A stretch of DNA of 47,104 nucleotides, taken from contig DAOVJS010000002.1 in NCBI GenBank assembly GCA_030673105.1, forward strand, positions 1 through 47,104, in the 5' to 3' direction. Below, one piece after another: positions 10,342 to 18,679 of this stretch (the first letter of the stretch is position 1; each line of letters starts with the position of its first letter). A model generated the notes under the pieces. That model did not search any database. It was not told the origin of the DNA and saw only the letters and a list, made by a program, of their open reading frames with translations. The translations under genes and the position numbers were made by a program. This DNA is from Spirochaetota bacterium. GTDB lineage: Bacteria; Spirochaetota; B62-G9; DRHN01.

Positions 10342-10792
10342 ACTATTTAACAGGAAGGATTTTTACCGCTGCCTTCAATGCGCGATATGCACAGGCAGCT
10401 GCCCTGCCGCGAGAGTGATCGAAGGGTTTAACCCGCGGGAATACATTTTAAAGTATATTCTCTACGGAGAGCAGGAAGAATTGCTTAAATCAGACATGAT
10501 CTGGTGCTGCACCACCTGCCAGATATGTCAGGAGCGCTGTCCTCACGGGATAGATATCAGCGGGTTTTTGATACACATTATGAACCTGGCCGCAGAACGG
10601 GGGAATCTTCCTGAGGAGATTCTGAAGGAGATCAGGCTGATCGCTGAAACAGGACGCTCGATAAAGCCAACAGCTCATACCGTTCGTATTCGTGAAGAGC
10701 TCGGGTTGAAAGCACTGGAGCAGCCGGATACAGAAGAGATCCGGAATATCTTACGTGAAGCAGGACTCAAAGGAATGCTGGACCAGAAATGA
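10325..10792 (+). CDS. hdrC: Heterodisulfide reductase subunit C
   Basis: 155 aa. Two Cys motifs (CLQCAICTGSCP, CTTCQICQERCP). It overlaps the hdrA end by 17 nt. Confidence 0.8.
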   Translation: MSGTPELFNRKDFYRCLQCAICTGSCPAARVIEGFNPREYILKYILYGEQEELLKSDMIWCCTTCQICQERCPHGIDISGFLIHIMNLAAERGNLPEEILKEIRLIAETGRSIKPTAHTVRIREELGLKALEQPDTEEIRNILREAGLKGMLDQK

Positions 10793-11664
10793 AAATCTCA
10801 CTTTTTACCGGCTGTGTTATTCCTATCAGGTACCCCGGAATGGAAGTTTCTATACGTGAACTCGCCGGAAAACTTGGTATTGAACTTGTTGACATGAAGT
10901 TCAGCTGCTGTCCTTCACCGACGGGACTTAAAGAAGTCCATTTTGATTCCTGGCTTACCCTTGCGGCCCGAAACCTCAGCCTTGCAGAGGATCAAGGCCT
11001 CGATATCGTAACTACGTGCTCAGGCTGCGCGAACACGCTGCGGGAAACCGCCTGCATCCTGAAAAATAACACCGGAAAGCTTCTTTCAGTCCGGAAGGTC
11101 CTTTCCAGATATGAGATGGATCTCAAAGGCACGGGAAAAATATTCAACCTGCCTGAACTGCTTGCCCGTGATGAATACCTTGACCTCATGGAAGAGAAAC
11201 TTATAAACCCTCTTATAAACATGAGGATAGGCACTCATTACGGCTGCCATTATCTCAGGCCGGCTTCGGTTATGCTTGACCGCGAGCAGGACACGTACTT
11301 CCCGCTGCCGGAGACTATGGAACTTGTACTCGAATCACTGGGCGCTGAAGTCATGGAGTACAGCCGGCAGGAACTTTGCTGCGGTGCTGCTCTTAGCATT
11401 AACACGGGCAGGTCGGAAGAAGCGCTTCAGATAACGGCTGAAAAGTTAGGCTGGATGAACGAAGCAGAAATTAACGCCCTGGCTGTCACCTGTCCTGCCT
11501 GTTTCACACAGTTCGATACAGGCCAGGCTCTACTGAAGCGTAAGAACAGGAATATGCGCACCATCCCTGTATTTCATATAGCGGAACTCGCAGCATACGC
11601 TCTCGGGTCTGACCCGGGACGTCTTAACCTGAATACCCACAAAATCAAACCTCACTTTTTATAG
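10789..11664 (+). CDS. hdrB: Heterodisulfide reductase subunit B (two CCG domains)
   Basis: 291 aa. CCPSPTG and CCGAALS match the CCG-domain pattern. There is a 4-nt overlap with hdrC. Confidence 0.85.
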   Translation: MKISLFTGCVIPIRYPGMEVSIRELAGKLGIELVDMKFSCCPSPTGLKEVHFDSWLTLAARNLSLAEDQGLDIVTTCSGCANTLRETACILKNNTGKLLSVRKVLSRYEMDLKGTGKIFNLPELLARDEYLDLMEEKLINPLINMRIGTHYGCHYLRPASVMLDREQDTYFPLPETMELVLESLGAEVMEYSRQELCCGAALSINTGRSEEALQITAEKLGWMNEAEINALAVTCPACFTQFDTGQALLKRKNRNMRTIPVFHIAELAAYALGSDPGRLNLNTHKIKPHFL

Positions 11665-11673
11665 GAGTCGACC

Positions 11674-12255
11674 ATGGCAGAAGTGATTCCCAGATGGGAG
11701 TGGAGGACCTGGGGAGAGGACCTCGCACTTGATATTGATTTTAAAGATTATGAGCACACGAGGCACGTCGAAAGCTCTGAAGTGTATGTGCTGTCAACAG
11801 AATGTGATGAGAATACGAAAGTAAGAGAAAACGAGATGGGCATAAAATCACTTCAGCTTGTAAATGATGATAAACTTGAACAATGAAAACCGTTTAAAAA
11901 GGCATCTTTCCCCCTTCCGAGAGAAGAGCTTATAGAATTATACAAGGTTTTTAACATCTCAGCCCCGGAATTTGAGAAAGACAGCTATACCTTCGATGAG
12001 TTTATAGACCTTGTAAATAAAGATGAAAAGCTATTAGTTTTTTATGTGGATAAGAATAGAGATCTGTATGATGTTGATGGGTGCATTATCGAATACACAA
12101 CAGTAAAGGTAGATGGAAGGCTGTTTAAAACTGTTGCAGCCGAACTCCCTGACCCTGAAAAGGTAAAGCAGACTGTCCGGAAAATGGGGTTGTGGGGAAA
12201 AGAAAACATTAACTATGTAAAAGCCCTGAAACGGATAAGAATGGGCCAACTGTAG
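11674..12255 (+). pseudogene. CYTH-like (triphosphate tunnel metalloenzyme family) frame interrupted by a single in-frame TGA at 11884..11886
   Basis: ORFs 11674..11886 and 12046..12255 are in the same frame. No other stop lies between them. The combined length (~193 aa) fits one CYTH domain. The family call is weak and rests on context with Ppx/GppA and beta-rich sequence. Confidence 0.45.
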
Positions 12256-12266
12256 AGGAGAAAAAA

Positions 12267-13181
12267 ATGGGGAACTTTGCCGCTGTTGATGTCGGATCAA
12301 ACCAGGTTTTACTATTTATCTCGAAGGTTGAATCCGGCAGAAGCGAGGAAGTAATACTGGATAAAGGGGAGATTACAAAGCTTGGGGAGGATGTATTTAA
12401 TACGGGAGTATTGAAAGCGGATGCAATGAAGAGAACCCTCGATGCCCTTAAGGATTTTAAACAGTTGATTGAAAAAAATAATGTGGAAGAATATGCGGCT
12501 GTGGGAACGGCAGCTCTTCGCGAATCAAAGAATTCGGATGAGTTTTTAAGCATGGTCAGGGATGAGACAGGTATACAGATTGATATCATTCCAGGAGAGG
12601 AGGAAGCACGGCTTTCATTTATTGCCGTTGTTGGCGGCCTGAATCTCGGCAACCGTGAGACAGTCATCATAGATATTGGAGGTGGAAGTACAGAGTTTAT
12701 CTTCGGAAAACAAGCTCAAATTTTGGATTGTTTCAGTCTTAAAATCGGTGCCTTGAAAATGACTGAGCGGTTCTTGCATGCAGACCCTGTCAGGGACGAA
12801 GAGTTTAATGAAATGATGGATCATCTTAACGATGAGTTTAAACATGTTTCTCCTCCATTCAAGGAACTGTTTCTTGTCGGCGTGGGGGGCACAATGTCGA
12901 ATCTAGGGGCGATGAAGCACAAGCTGGAAAAATACGACCCAGGGATTGTTCATGGATCGGAGATCAGCCTTGAAGAATTAAATAGTATAATGATTGATTT
13001 AAAAGAGAAGACTGCTGAAGAAAGGAAAAAAATTAGGGGCCTTCAACCGAAACGGGCTGGCGTAATGTTTGCAGGGACTGGCATTTTAAAAGCAATAATG
13101 AACAAGCTGCACTCGGAAAAAATTACAATAAGTGATATGGGCCTTCGTCACGGCCTGATGTTCGACAGGTTTTGCAAATGA
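12267..13181 (+). CDS. Ppx/GppA-family phosphatase (short, two-domain form)
   Basis: 304 aa. AAVDVGSNQVLLFI and IIDIGGGSTEFI are the ASKHA-fold phosphate motifs typical of Ppx/GppA. Confidence 0.85.
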   Translation: MGNFAAVDVGSNQVLLFISKVESGRSEEVILDKGEITKLGEDVFNTGVLKADAMKRTLDALKDFKQLIEKNNVEEYAAVGTAALRESKNSDEFLSMVRDETGIQIDIIPGEEEARLSFIAVVGGLNLGNRETVIIDIGGGSTEFIFGKQAQILDCFSLKIGALKMTERFLHADPVRDEEFNEMMDHLNDEFKHVSPPFKELFLVGVGGTMSNLGAMKHKLEKYDPGIVHGSEISLEELNSIMIDLKEKTAEERKKIRGLQPKRAGVMFAGTGILKAIMNKLHSEKITISDMGLRHGLMFDRFCK

Positions 13182-13196
13182 TGGTAAGGAGCCATA

Positions 13197-15014
13197 ATGA
13201 AAGGATATAGAGGCACTATTTTAAGAATCGATCTTACTCACGGAAAAGTGTGGAGAGAGAATTTAGATCCTTTTTTAATAAATAATTACATAGGGGGAAA
13301 GGGATTTGGAACATGGCTTAACTGTCATGAAAATCCTCCGGAGATTGACGCCCTGTCCCCTGAAAATAAGTTAATCATAGTGACCGGTCCGGGGGGAGGA
13401 ACATCTATTCCTACTTCGACGAGATCCGGACTTTTCGCGAAAGCACCTCTTAACGGTGTAATGATTGATTCCGGCCTGGGAGGAAGTTTCGGTCATTTCA
13501 TGAAAAAAGCCGGATATGATATTATTGTGATTGAAGGCCGGTCCGTAAAACCGGTTTATATAAAAATCATCGATGAACATGTCTCAATTGAAGACGCCTC
13601 TTCCCTATGGGGAGGGGATATTTACGAAACGGAAAAACTTTTAAAAATTAAAATTGGAAATAAGACTAAAATCCTGTCCATTGGCCCCGCGGGTGAAAAC
13701 CTCATAAGATATGCCTGCATCGGCCATGATTTACACAGGCATTTCGGCCGTATGGGTTCCGGCGCGGTAATGGGATCAAAGAGACTGAAGGCGATAGCCC
13801 TTGTCGGTACCGGCAGTGTTGAAGTCCATGACCCTGAAGGCCTGAAAATATACTTGAAGGAGCTGAACAGTCGGATCAAGGAGCATCCGGGCACCGGGCA
13901 TGTATATCCTTTAGCGGGCACGGTAAGCTTTGTATCCAGGGCCAACACTCTTGGTGTTTTTCCCAGCCATTACTGGCACAGGGGAGAGGCTGAACATCCG
14001 GATAGAATTAATTTTGATTATATAAGCAAAAATACACTCGTCAGGCAGACCAGGTGTTTCGGCTGCTCCATCGGATGCGCTCACATTAATAAAATAAATG
14101 ACGGGCCCTATGCCGGCATTGAAATTGACGGACCTGAATTTGAAACTATATATGTTTTTGGTGGATTGTGTGATGCCGGTGACATTAGAGATATTATTAA
14201 ATTAAATGACGTTTGTGACAGGCTGGGCCTCGATACAATGCATACGGGAAACATTCTCGGATTGTTGATGGATGCGACCGAACAGAAAAGAATACCGAAT
14301 AAGCTGCATATCGACTATGGCGATACTGAAAGGATGCTTTTATTTATCAGTAAAATTATCGAAAGAAATGATGAATGGCATATTATCGGAGAAGGGCTGA
14401 AAAGTACAGCAGACTTTTTCAGCCTGAATGACCTTTCAATTCATGTGAAGGGACTGGAACCCGCGGGTTATGATCCAAGAGGGCTCGGGTCCATGGCAGT
14501 CACATACGGGATAGGAAACAGGGGGGCGACTCACCTGAGCTCCAACGCGTACGCAAGGGATATTTCAGGATCAGCACGGGATTTTGAAATAGCCGGAGAT
14601 AATAAATCCCTTGATAGATTTTCCCTTGATAAGAAGCCGGAACTGGTATTCAATATGATAAACTTCAATGCCGTAGCGGATTGCTTTATCCTCTGCAGGT
14701 TCCTCAACAGGGACCTGCTGACCTGGGAGGATTATTCTAAAATGCTCTACCTGCTTACAGGAGTTCAAAAGAATAAAAATGATTTTGAAGATATAGCCAA
14801 CAACATAATATCGGCGGGCAGGTGGTACAACATAAAAGCGGGATTAACGATGAAAGATGACTTATTGCCCGAGAGATTCTTTTCAGAACCCAATAATTCC
14901 AAAAATTCAGGGGGCAGAACAGTATTAAAAGAGGAGTACATAAATAGTATAAAAAAATATTATGCCCTGAGAAACTGGAACGAGGATGGTATACCAAATT
15001 ATTCGCCTGAATAA
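13197..15014 (+). CDS. aor: Aldehyde:ferredoxin oxidoreductase (tungstopterin AOR family)
   Basis: 605 aa. It has the N-terminal GYRGTILRIDLTHGKV and the Cys motif RCFGCSIGCAH. Length is typical of AOR. Confidence 0.85.
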   Translation: MKGYRGTILRIDLTHGKVWRENLDPFLINNYIGGKGFGTWLNCHENPPEIDALSPENKLIIVTGPGGGTSIPTSTRSGLFAKAPLNGVMIDSGLGGSFGHFMKKAGYDIIVIEGRSVKPVYIKIIDEHVSIEDASSLWGGDIYETEKLLKIKIGNKTKILSIGPAGENLIRYACIGHDLHRHFGRMGSGAVMGSKRLKAIALVGTGSVEVHDPEGLKIYLKELNSRIKEHPGTGHVYPLAGTVSFVSRANTLGVFPSHYWHRGEAEHPDRINFDYISKNTLVRQTRCFGCSIGCAHINKINDGPYAGIEIDGPEFETIYVFGGLCDAGDIRDIIKLNDVCDRLGLDTMHTGNILGLLMDATEQKRIPNKLHIDYGDTERMLLFISKIIERNDEWHIIGEGLKSTADFFSLNDLSIHVKGLEPAGYDPRGLGSMAVTYGIGNRGATHLSSNAYARDISGSARDFEIAGDNKSLDRFSLDKKPELVFNMINFNAVADCFILCRFLNRDLLTWEDYSKMLYLLTGVQKNKNDFEDIANNIISAGRWYNIKAGLTMKDDLLPERFFSEPNNSKNSGGRTVLKEEYINSIKKYYALRNWNEDGIPNYSPE

Positions 15015-15051
15015 TTTTGATGAAACACATGGTACACCACAGGCATGACTT

Positions 15052-16029
15052 TTACGGCCGTCTATTGAGGTCTGTGAGAAGGGCCTTTTCAATCATCAAT
15101 TCCATGGTATATTTTGGATTGTACCCGAGATACTTTTCCGCCATGTCATTTCGTAATTCGTAGGGTTGGAAATCATCCACTTTTGCGCTGTCCCAGGGCA
15201 CCCCCAATCCATGAGCAACCTTTTCAATGACATCAAGGTACCGGAACGGAGCAGGGCCTGCCAGGTTGAAAGTATTATTTTTCGCGGATTCGTATCTTTC
15301 AATACCGAGAACGATCCCATCGGCAATGTCCTGCGGATCTGCTATATGGTCTATACCTGATTCCCCATTCTGTAAAAGGGGAGCAAAAACCCCCCTCCCA
15401 TTTGCAAGTCCGGGCGCGAGCCTTTCTCTGTCTTCAGTGCTCAAAGAATCTTCCCAGAACTCATAACTATAAACCCTCAACAGCTCATCCTCTGTTAGGG
15501 CCCAGCATATCCGGACAATGAGCCATGGCAGCCCGTATAAATTGCCGTACTGTTTACACATCGACTCGCATACAATTTTACATAGCGCATAAAACCGGGA
15601 AGGAAACAGTCCCGTGTCCTCGGTAATTGGAGCATCAAACTTCCTGGGCCCGGTAGCATACACAGCATCGGTACTGGCATAGAGAAAAAGCTTGATCCCT
15701 TCAAGCGAACAGGATGCTTCAAGCAGGTTGTATGTCCCCCGGATAACGCTTTCAAACAGTTGATTGTTTTCCTTCTCAAAAACCGCAGGCGGGAACATGT
15801 CCCATGCGGCAGCAAGATGGCAGATAAACCGGCACCCCTTTACCGCTTCCTTCAACCCATTCTGATCCAGAATATCGCCCCTGATTAATTCAAGATTTTT
15901 ACCCGAAATCCCTTCAGGCTCATGTCGGTGTATGAGAGCCCTCACTCTGTACCCTCTTTCAAGCAACTGCTGTAACACCAATTTACCGATGCGACCCGCA
16001 CCTCCGGTGAGAAAAACTGTCCTTTCCAT
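15052..16029 (-). CDS. NAD-dependent epimerase/dehydratase (extended SDR)
   Basis: 325 aa. It has the Rossmann motif FLTGGAGRIG and a YxxxK (YALCK). Confidence 0.8.
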   Translation of the reverse strand: MERTVFLTGGAGRIGKLVLQQLLERGYRVRALIHRHEPEGISGKNLELIRGDILDQNGLKEAVKGCRFICHLAAAWDMFPPAVFEKENNQLFESVIRGTYNLLEASCSLEGIKLFLYASTDAVYATGPRKFDAPITEDTGLFPSRFYALCKIVCESMCKQYGNLYGLPWLIVRICWALTEDELLRVYSYEFWEDSLSTEDRERLAPGLANGRGVFAPLLQNGESGIDHIADPQDIADGIVLGIERYESAKNNTFNLAGPAPFRYLDVIEKVAHGLGVPWDSAKVDDFQPYELRNDMAEKYLGYNPKYTMELMIEKALLTDLNRRP

Positions 16030-16050
16030 ACCACATTCCCCTTTGAAAAT

Positions 16051-16941
16051 TTAAATTAATCCAAGCTCTTTCAGGCTGTTTTTTAAACTCTGCGCTTCTG
16101 TATCTGAAAGGTCTCTGTCCGGGCTCCTCACACTGCCGGCATTAATCCCCCTGAAACTCAGGGCTTTTTTAAATGAAGCGTTATCGCGTCCATTTGCCAG
16201 CACATTTCTAAGCCTGTCAATAAAATACTGGTGCTCCCGTGCTTTTTCAATATCACCCTTCACAAACGCCCTGTATATATCCAGGTAGGGTTCGGGAAAA
16301 GCCGAGGCATTGCCGGAGACCAATCCACGCGCCCCGATAGATAGACCGGCAAGAATGAGCCCGTCACTCCCTACAAACAGTGAACATCGGTCTTTCGCGA
16401 TTTTAACAAACTCGGTATCCTGGAATATATCGGGATTACTGTTTTTAATCCCCACTATATTCTCAATATTTTCAAGGAGTCTCCTGAAAAGCGGGAGGCT
16501 CACGTTATTGCAGGTGCATTGAGGAATATTATAAATAAAGATAGGAAAGTCAGGTACGGATTCCGCGATTTCCATGAAATATGCGAACAACCGATCATCA
16601 TCAAAATGGTAATAATAGGGCAGGACTATGCCTGCCGCATCGGCACCGGTATCCCGGCAATATTTTGTGAGCTCAACCGTCTGATCTGTTGTTATACAGC
16701 CTGTTTGAATAATTACCCGGACTTTACTGTTCATCTGTGATACGACCGTTCGCGCGATTTCTTTTTTTTCCGCGAGAGACAGCAGAGGGCCCTCACCGGT
16801 TGTTCCTCCGCAAAATACTCCATGCACCCCCTTTTCGGCTAAAAAGTCACAATAATTCCGCATAGCTTCATGATCAACACTCCTTCCACTATCCTTCAAG
16901 GGTGTTATCATTGCCGGGATTATACCCTTCCATTCAGACAT
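16051..16941 (-). CDS. DHDPS/N-acetylneuraminate-lyase family aldolase
   Basis: 296 aa. It has GIIPAMITPL...GVHGVFCGGTTGEG and a Schiff-base-type Lys context IVGIKNS. A GGAGG RBS lies 9 nt upstream. Confidence 0.8.
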   Translation of the reverse strand: MSEWKGIIPAMITPLKDSGRSVDHEAMRNYCDFLAEKGVHGVFCGGTTGEGPLLSLAEKKEIARTVVSQMNSKVRVIIQTGCITTDQTVELTKYCRDTGADAAGIVLPYYYHFDDDRLFAYFMEIAESVPDFPIFIYNIPQCTCNNVSLPLFRRLLENIENIVGIKNSNPDIFQDTEFVKIAKDRCSLFVGSDGLILAGLSIGARGLVSGNASAFPEPYLDIYRAFVKGDIEKAREHQYFIDRLRNVLANGRDNASFKKALSFRGINAGSVRSPDRDLSDTEAQSLKNSLKELGLI

Positions 16942-16967
16942 ATTTTCATACCTCCTTACCCTTTACT

Positions 16968-17072
16968 GGCGTATCCACGGGCTTTCTTAAGATCGCCGGG
17001 CGTATCCACGGGCTTTCTCAAGATCGCCGGGCGTATCCACGAGCTTTCTCAAGATCGCCCGGCGTATCAACG
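16968..17072. repeat. 31-bp tandem repeat, about 3.4 copies, spanning the kdsB 3' end and the kdsB/aldolase spacer
   Basis: Full copies lie at 16968..16998, 16999..17029 and 17030..17060, with a partial copy at 17061..~17072. The unit is ggcgtatccacgggctttct[t/c]aagatcgcc[g/c], with 1-2 substitutions between copies. Confidence 0.95.
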
Positions 17073-17749
17073 CTGAGAGGAATATAATCCTGTTTAGTGA
17101 GGATTACCTTTATTTTGTAACCATTTTCCAGAGCCCGCAACTGTTCAAGGGCTTCAGTTTCTTCAAGACCGGTTGGGCATAAACCGGAAAAACGAAGGAA
17201 GAAATCCTTTCGATATGCGTATATTCCAATGTGCTCATAGGCATGGTGATTCTCCTTGTATCGAGGATAGGGTATAAGAGAACGGGAAAAGTAGAGAGCG
17301 AAGTCTGCACTGTCTGTGACGACTTTGACCACGTTCGGATTATTGAGATCCTCTTCTTCTGTAATTTCATGCTTGAGCGTACTCATAGGGATATCTTCAT
17401 CCTTCAGCAGAGGAGTGACAATTTCATCTATCATCCCCGGATTTATAAAGGGTTCATCTCCCTGAATGTTTACCACGATCCGGACATCGAGTTTTGCCGC
17501 AACTTCGGCTACCCTGTCAGTGCCTGTGGAGTGGTCCTTTGATGTCATTTGGGCCTTACCACCAAATTTTTCAACAGCCTCAATCACCCGTTTATCATCA
17601 GTGGCCACTATGACCTCATCCAGCGTGGAAGAATGTGCCGTATTTTCGTATACATGCTGAATCATCGGTTTTCCATTGATGTCTGCCAGCGGTTTTCCTG
17701 GAAGACGTGTGGAATGATAACGGGCGGGTATTACTCCAATCACCTTCAT
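17018..17749 (-). CDS. kdsB: 3-deoxy-manno-octulosonate cytidylyltransferase (CMP-Kdo synthetase)
   Basis: 243 aa. It has the N-terminal VIPARYHSTRLPGKPLADINGKPMIQHV, the motif NIQGDEP, and a C-terminal VDTPGDLEKA. Confidence 0.85.
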   Translation of the reverse strand: MKVIGVIPARYHSTRLPGKPLADINGKPMIQHVYENTAHSSTLDEVIVATDDKRVIEAVEKFGGKAQMTSKDHSTGTDRVAEVAAKLDVRIVVNIQGDEPFINPGMIDEIVTPLLKDEDIPMSTLKHEITEEEDLNNPNVVKVVTDSADFALYFSRSLIPYPRYKENHHAYEHIGIYAYRKDFFLRFSGLCPTGLEETEALEQLRALENGYKIKVILTKQDYIPLSVDTPGDLEKARGYARRS

Positions 17750-17817
17750 ATGATTTCCCTTCTAATTTTATCCATTAATAAGAGGCAGGAAATAAATTCT
17801 AATCATCATTTACAAGT

Positions 17818-18054
17818 TTACCTGTCTATTTTTCTGCTCTGCTCCCGCATCTGCTGCATGTTCAATACGTTTACCTTTTCCACGATCCACTCTCTCATTT
17901 CTTTACCCTGCTCCGTCTCCTGCGGGTAGGAGATAAAATCAAGCTCAATTCCCAGCGCTCCTGAGACATTATGCGCGATCACAGGCCAGAGGACACCCAG
18001 ATCTCCCACAACCGGAATGCTTGATTCAAGGCGGGCAAAGCCTGACATTTCCAT
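17818..18054 (-). CDS. Small hypothetical protein (78 aa; an in-frame ATG at 18066 would add 4 aa)
   Basis: An ORF co-oriented between the bactofilin gene and kdsB. I recognised no family. Coding status is uncertain. Confidence 0.35.
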   Translation of the reverse strand: MEMSGFARLESSIPVVGDLGVLWPVIAHNVSGALGIELDFISYPQETEQGKEMREWIVEKVNVLNMQQMREQSRKIDR

Positions 18055-18107
18055 TCTCCCGGCACATCCTGCATTTCAACCGGGGTCACAGATTAATACA
18101 ACGCTGA

Positions 18108-18134
18108 TATTATAATACCTGGAAATTCTGTCAA
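18108..18134 (-). promoter_or_regulatory. Sigma70-like promoter candidate upstream of the small ORF and kdsB
   Basis: The minus strand reads TTGACA (18134..18129), N15, TATAAT (18113..18108). An alternative reading is N17 then TAATAT. Confidence 0.3.
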
Positions 18135-18203
18135 GAAAAAACATCTCTCTTTCATGCTGGAAGTAACCGGGAGTACTGAAAATTTCACGGGCAGCAATTT
18201 GAA

Positions 18204-18599
18204 TCAGGCTTCGTCCTGTTCATAGAGGTTCAAAATCAACTCTTTCGCATCCTGCTCAGACTCATGACTTATAATACATCTTCCTTTGAGGATTGTACCA
18301 TTCTGAATAATTAACTCGGGTGTTTGAATATCTCCAAGTATCCTGCTTGTCGGAAGAAGAAGAACTCTGTTTGTGGCATGGATATTACCTATAACTATTC
18401 CTTCGACAACAACACTGGACGCCTTGATATTGGTCTTCACCCTGCCTTTTGGTCCTATGAAAACTTTATCCACTATAAGCGCTTCTCCCTCAAACTTCCC
18501 GTCAATTCTTATGGCACCCTTTACTGCGAATCTGCCTTCGAAATGTGAATTTAAACCAATTGTACTGTTTGCCTCTTCACTTCTCTGAGGATCCTGCAT
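18204..18599 (-). CDS. Bactofilin (polymer-forming cytoskeletal protein)
   Basis: 131 aa. It has repetitive beta-helix-type sequence (GRFAVKGAIRIDGKFEGEALIVDKVFIGPKGRVKTNIKASSVVVEGIVIGNIHA...) and an acidic tail. Confidence 0.85.
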   Translation of the reverse strand: MQDPQRSEEANSTIGLNSHFEGRFAVKGAIRIDGKFEGEALIVDKVFIGPKGRVKTNIKASSVVVEGIVIGNIHATNRVLLLPTSRILGDIQTPELIIQNGTILKGRCIISHESEQDAKELILNLYEQDEA

Positions 18600-18679
18600 T
18601 TCACGTGTCCCTTTTTTATATATTAATTACATAAAAAACTACTCAACAATAAAACCACCTGACCCGGTTTACACTCAGG

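Noticed and set aside
11884-11950. Selenocysteine recoding of the in-frame TGA in the CYTH-like gene
   Set aside because: I found no SECIS-like stem-loop in the ~60 nt after the TGA; the best is a 4-bp cttc/gaag stem. CYTH proteins are not known selenoproteins. A nonsense mutation, sequencing error or readthrough is more likely.
16968-17072. Possible CRISPR array (also considered for 32273..32419)
   Set aside because: The copies are directly contiguous with no spacers. One array is derived from the kdsB 3' end, and the other is an in-frame coding repeat. No cas genes are in the window.
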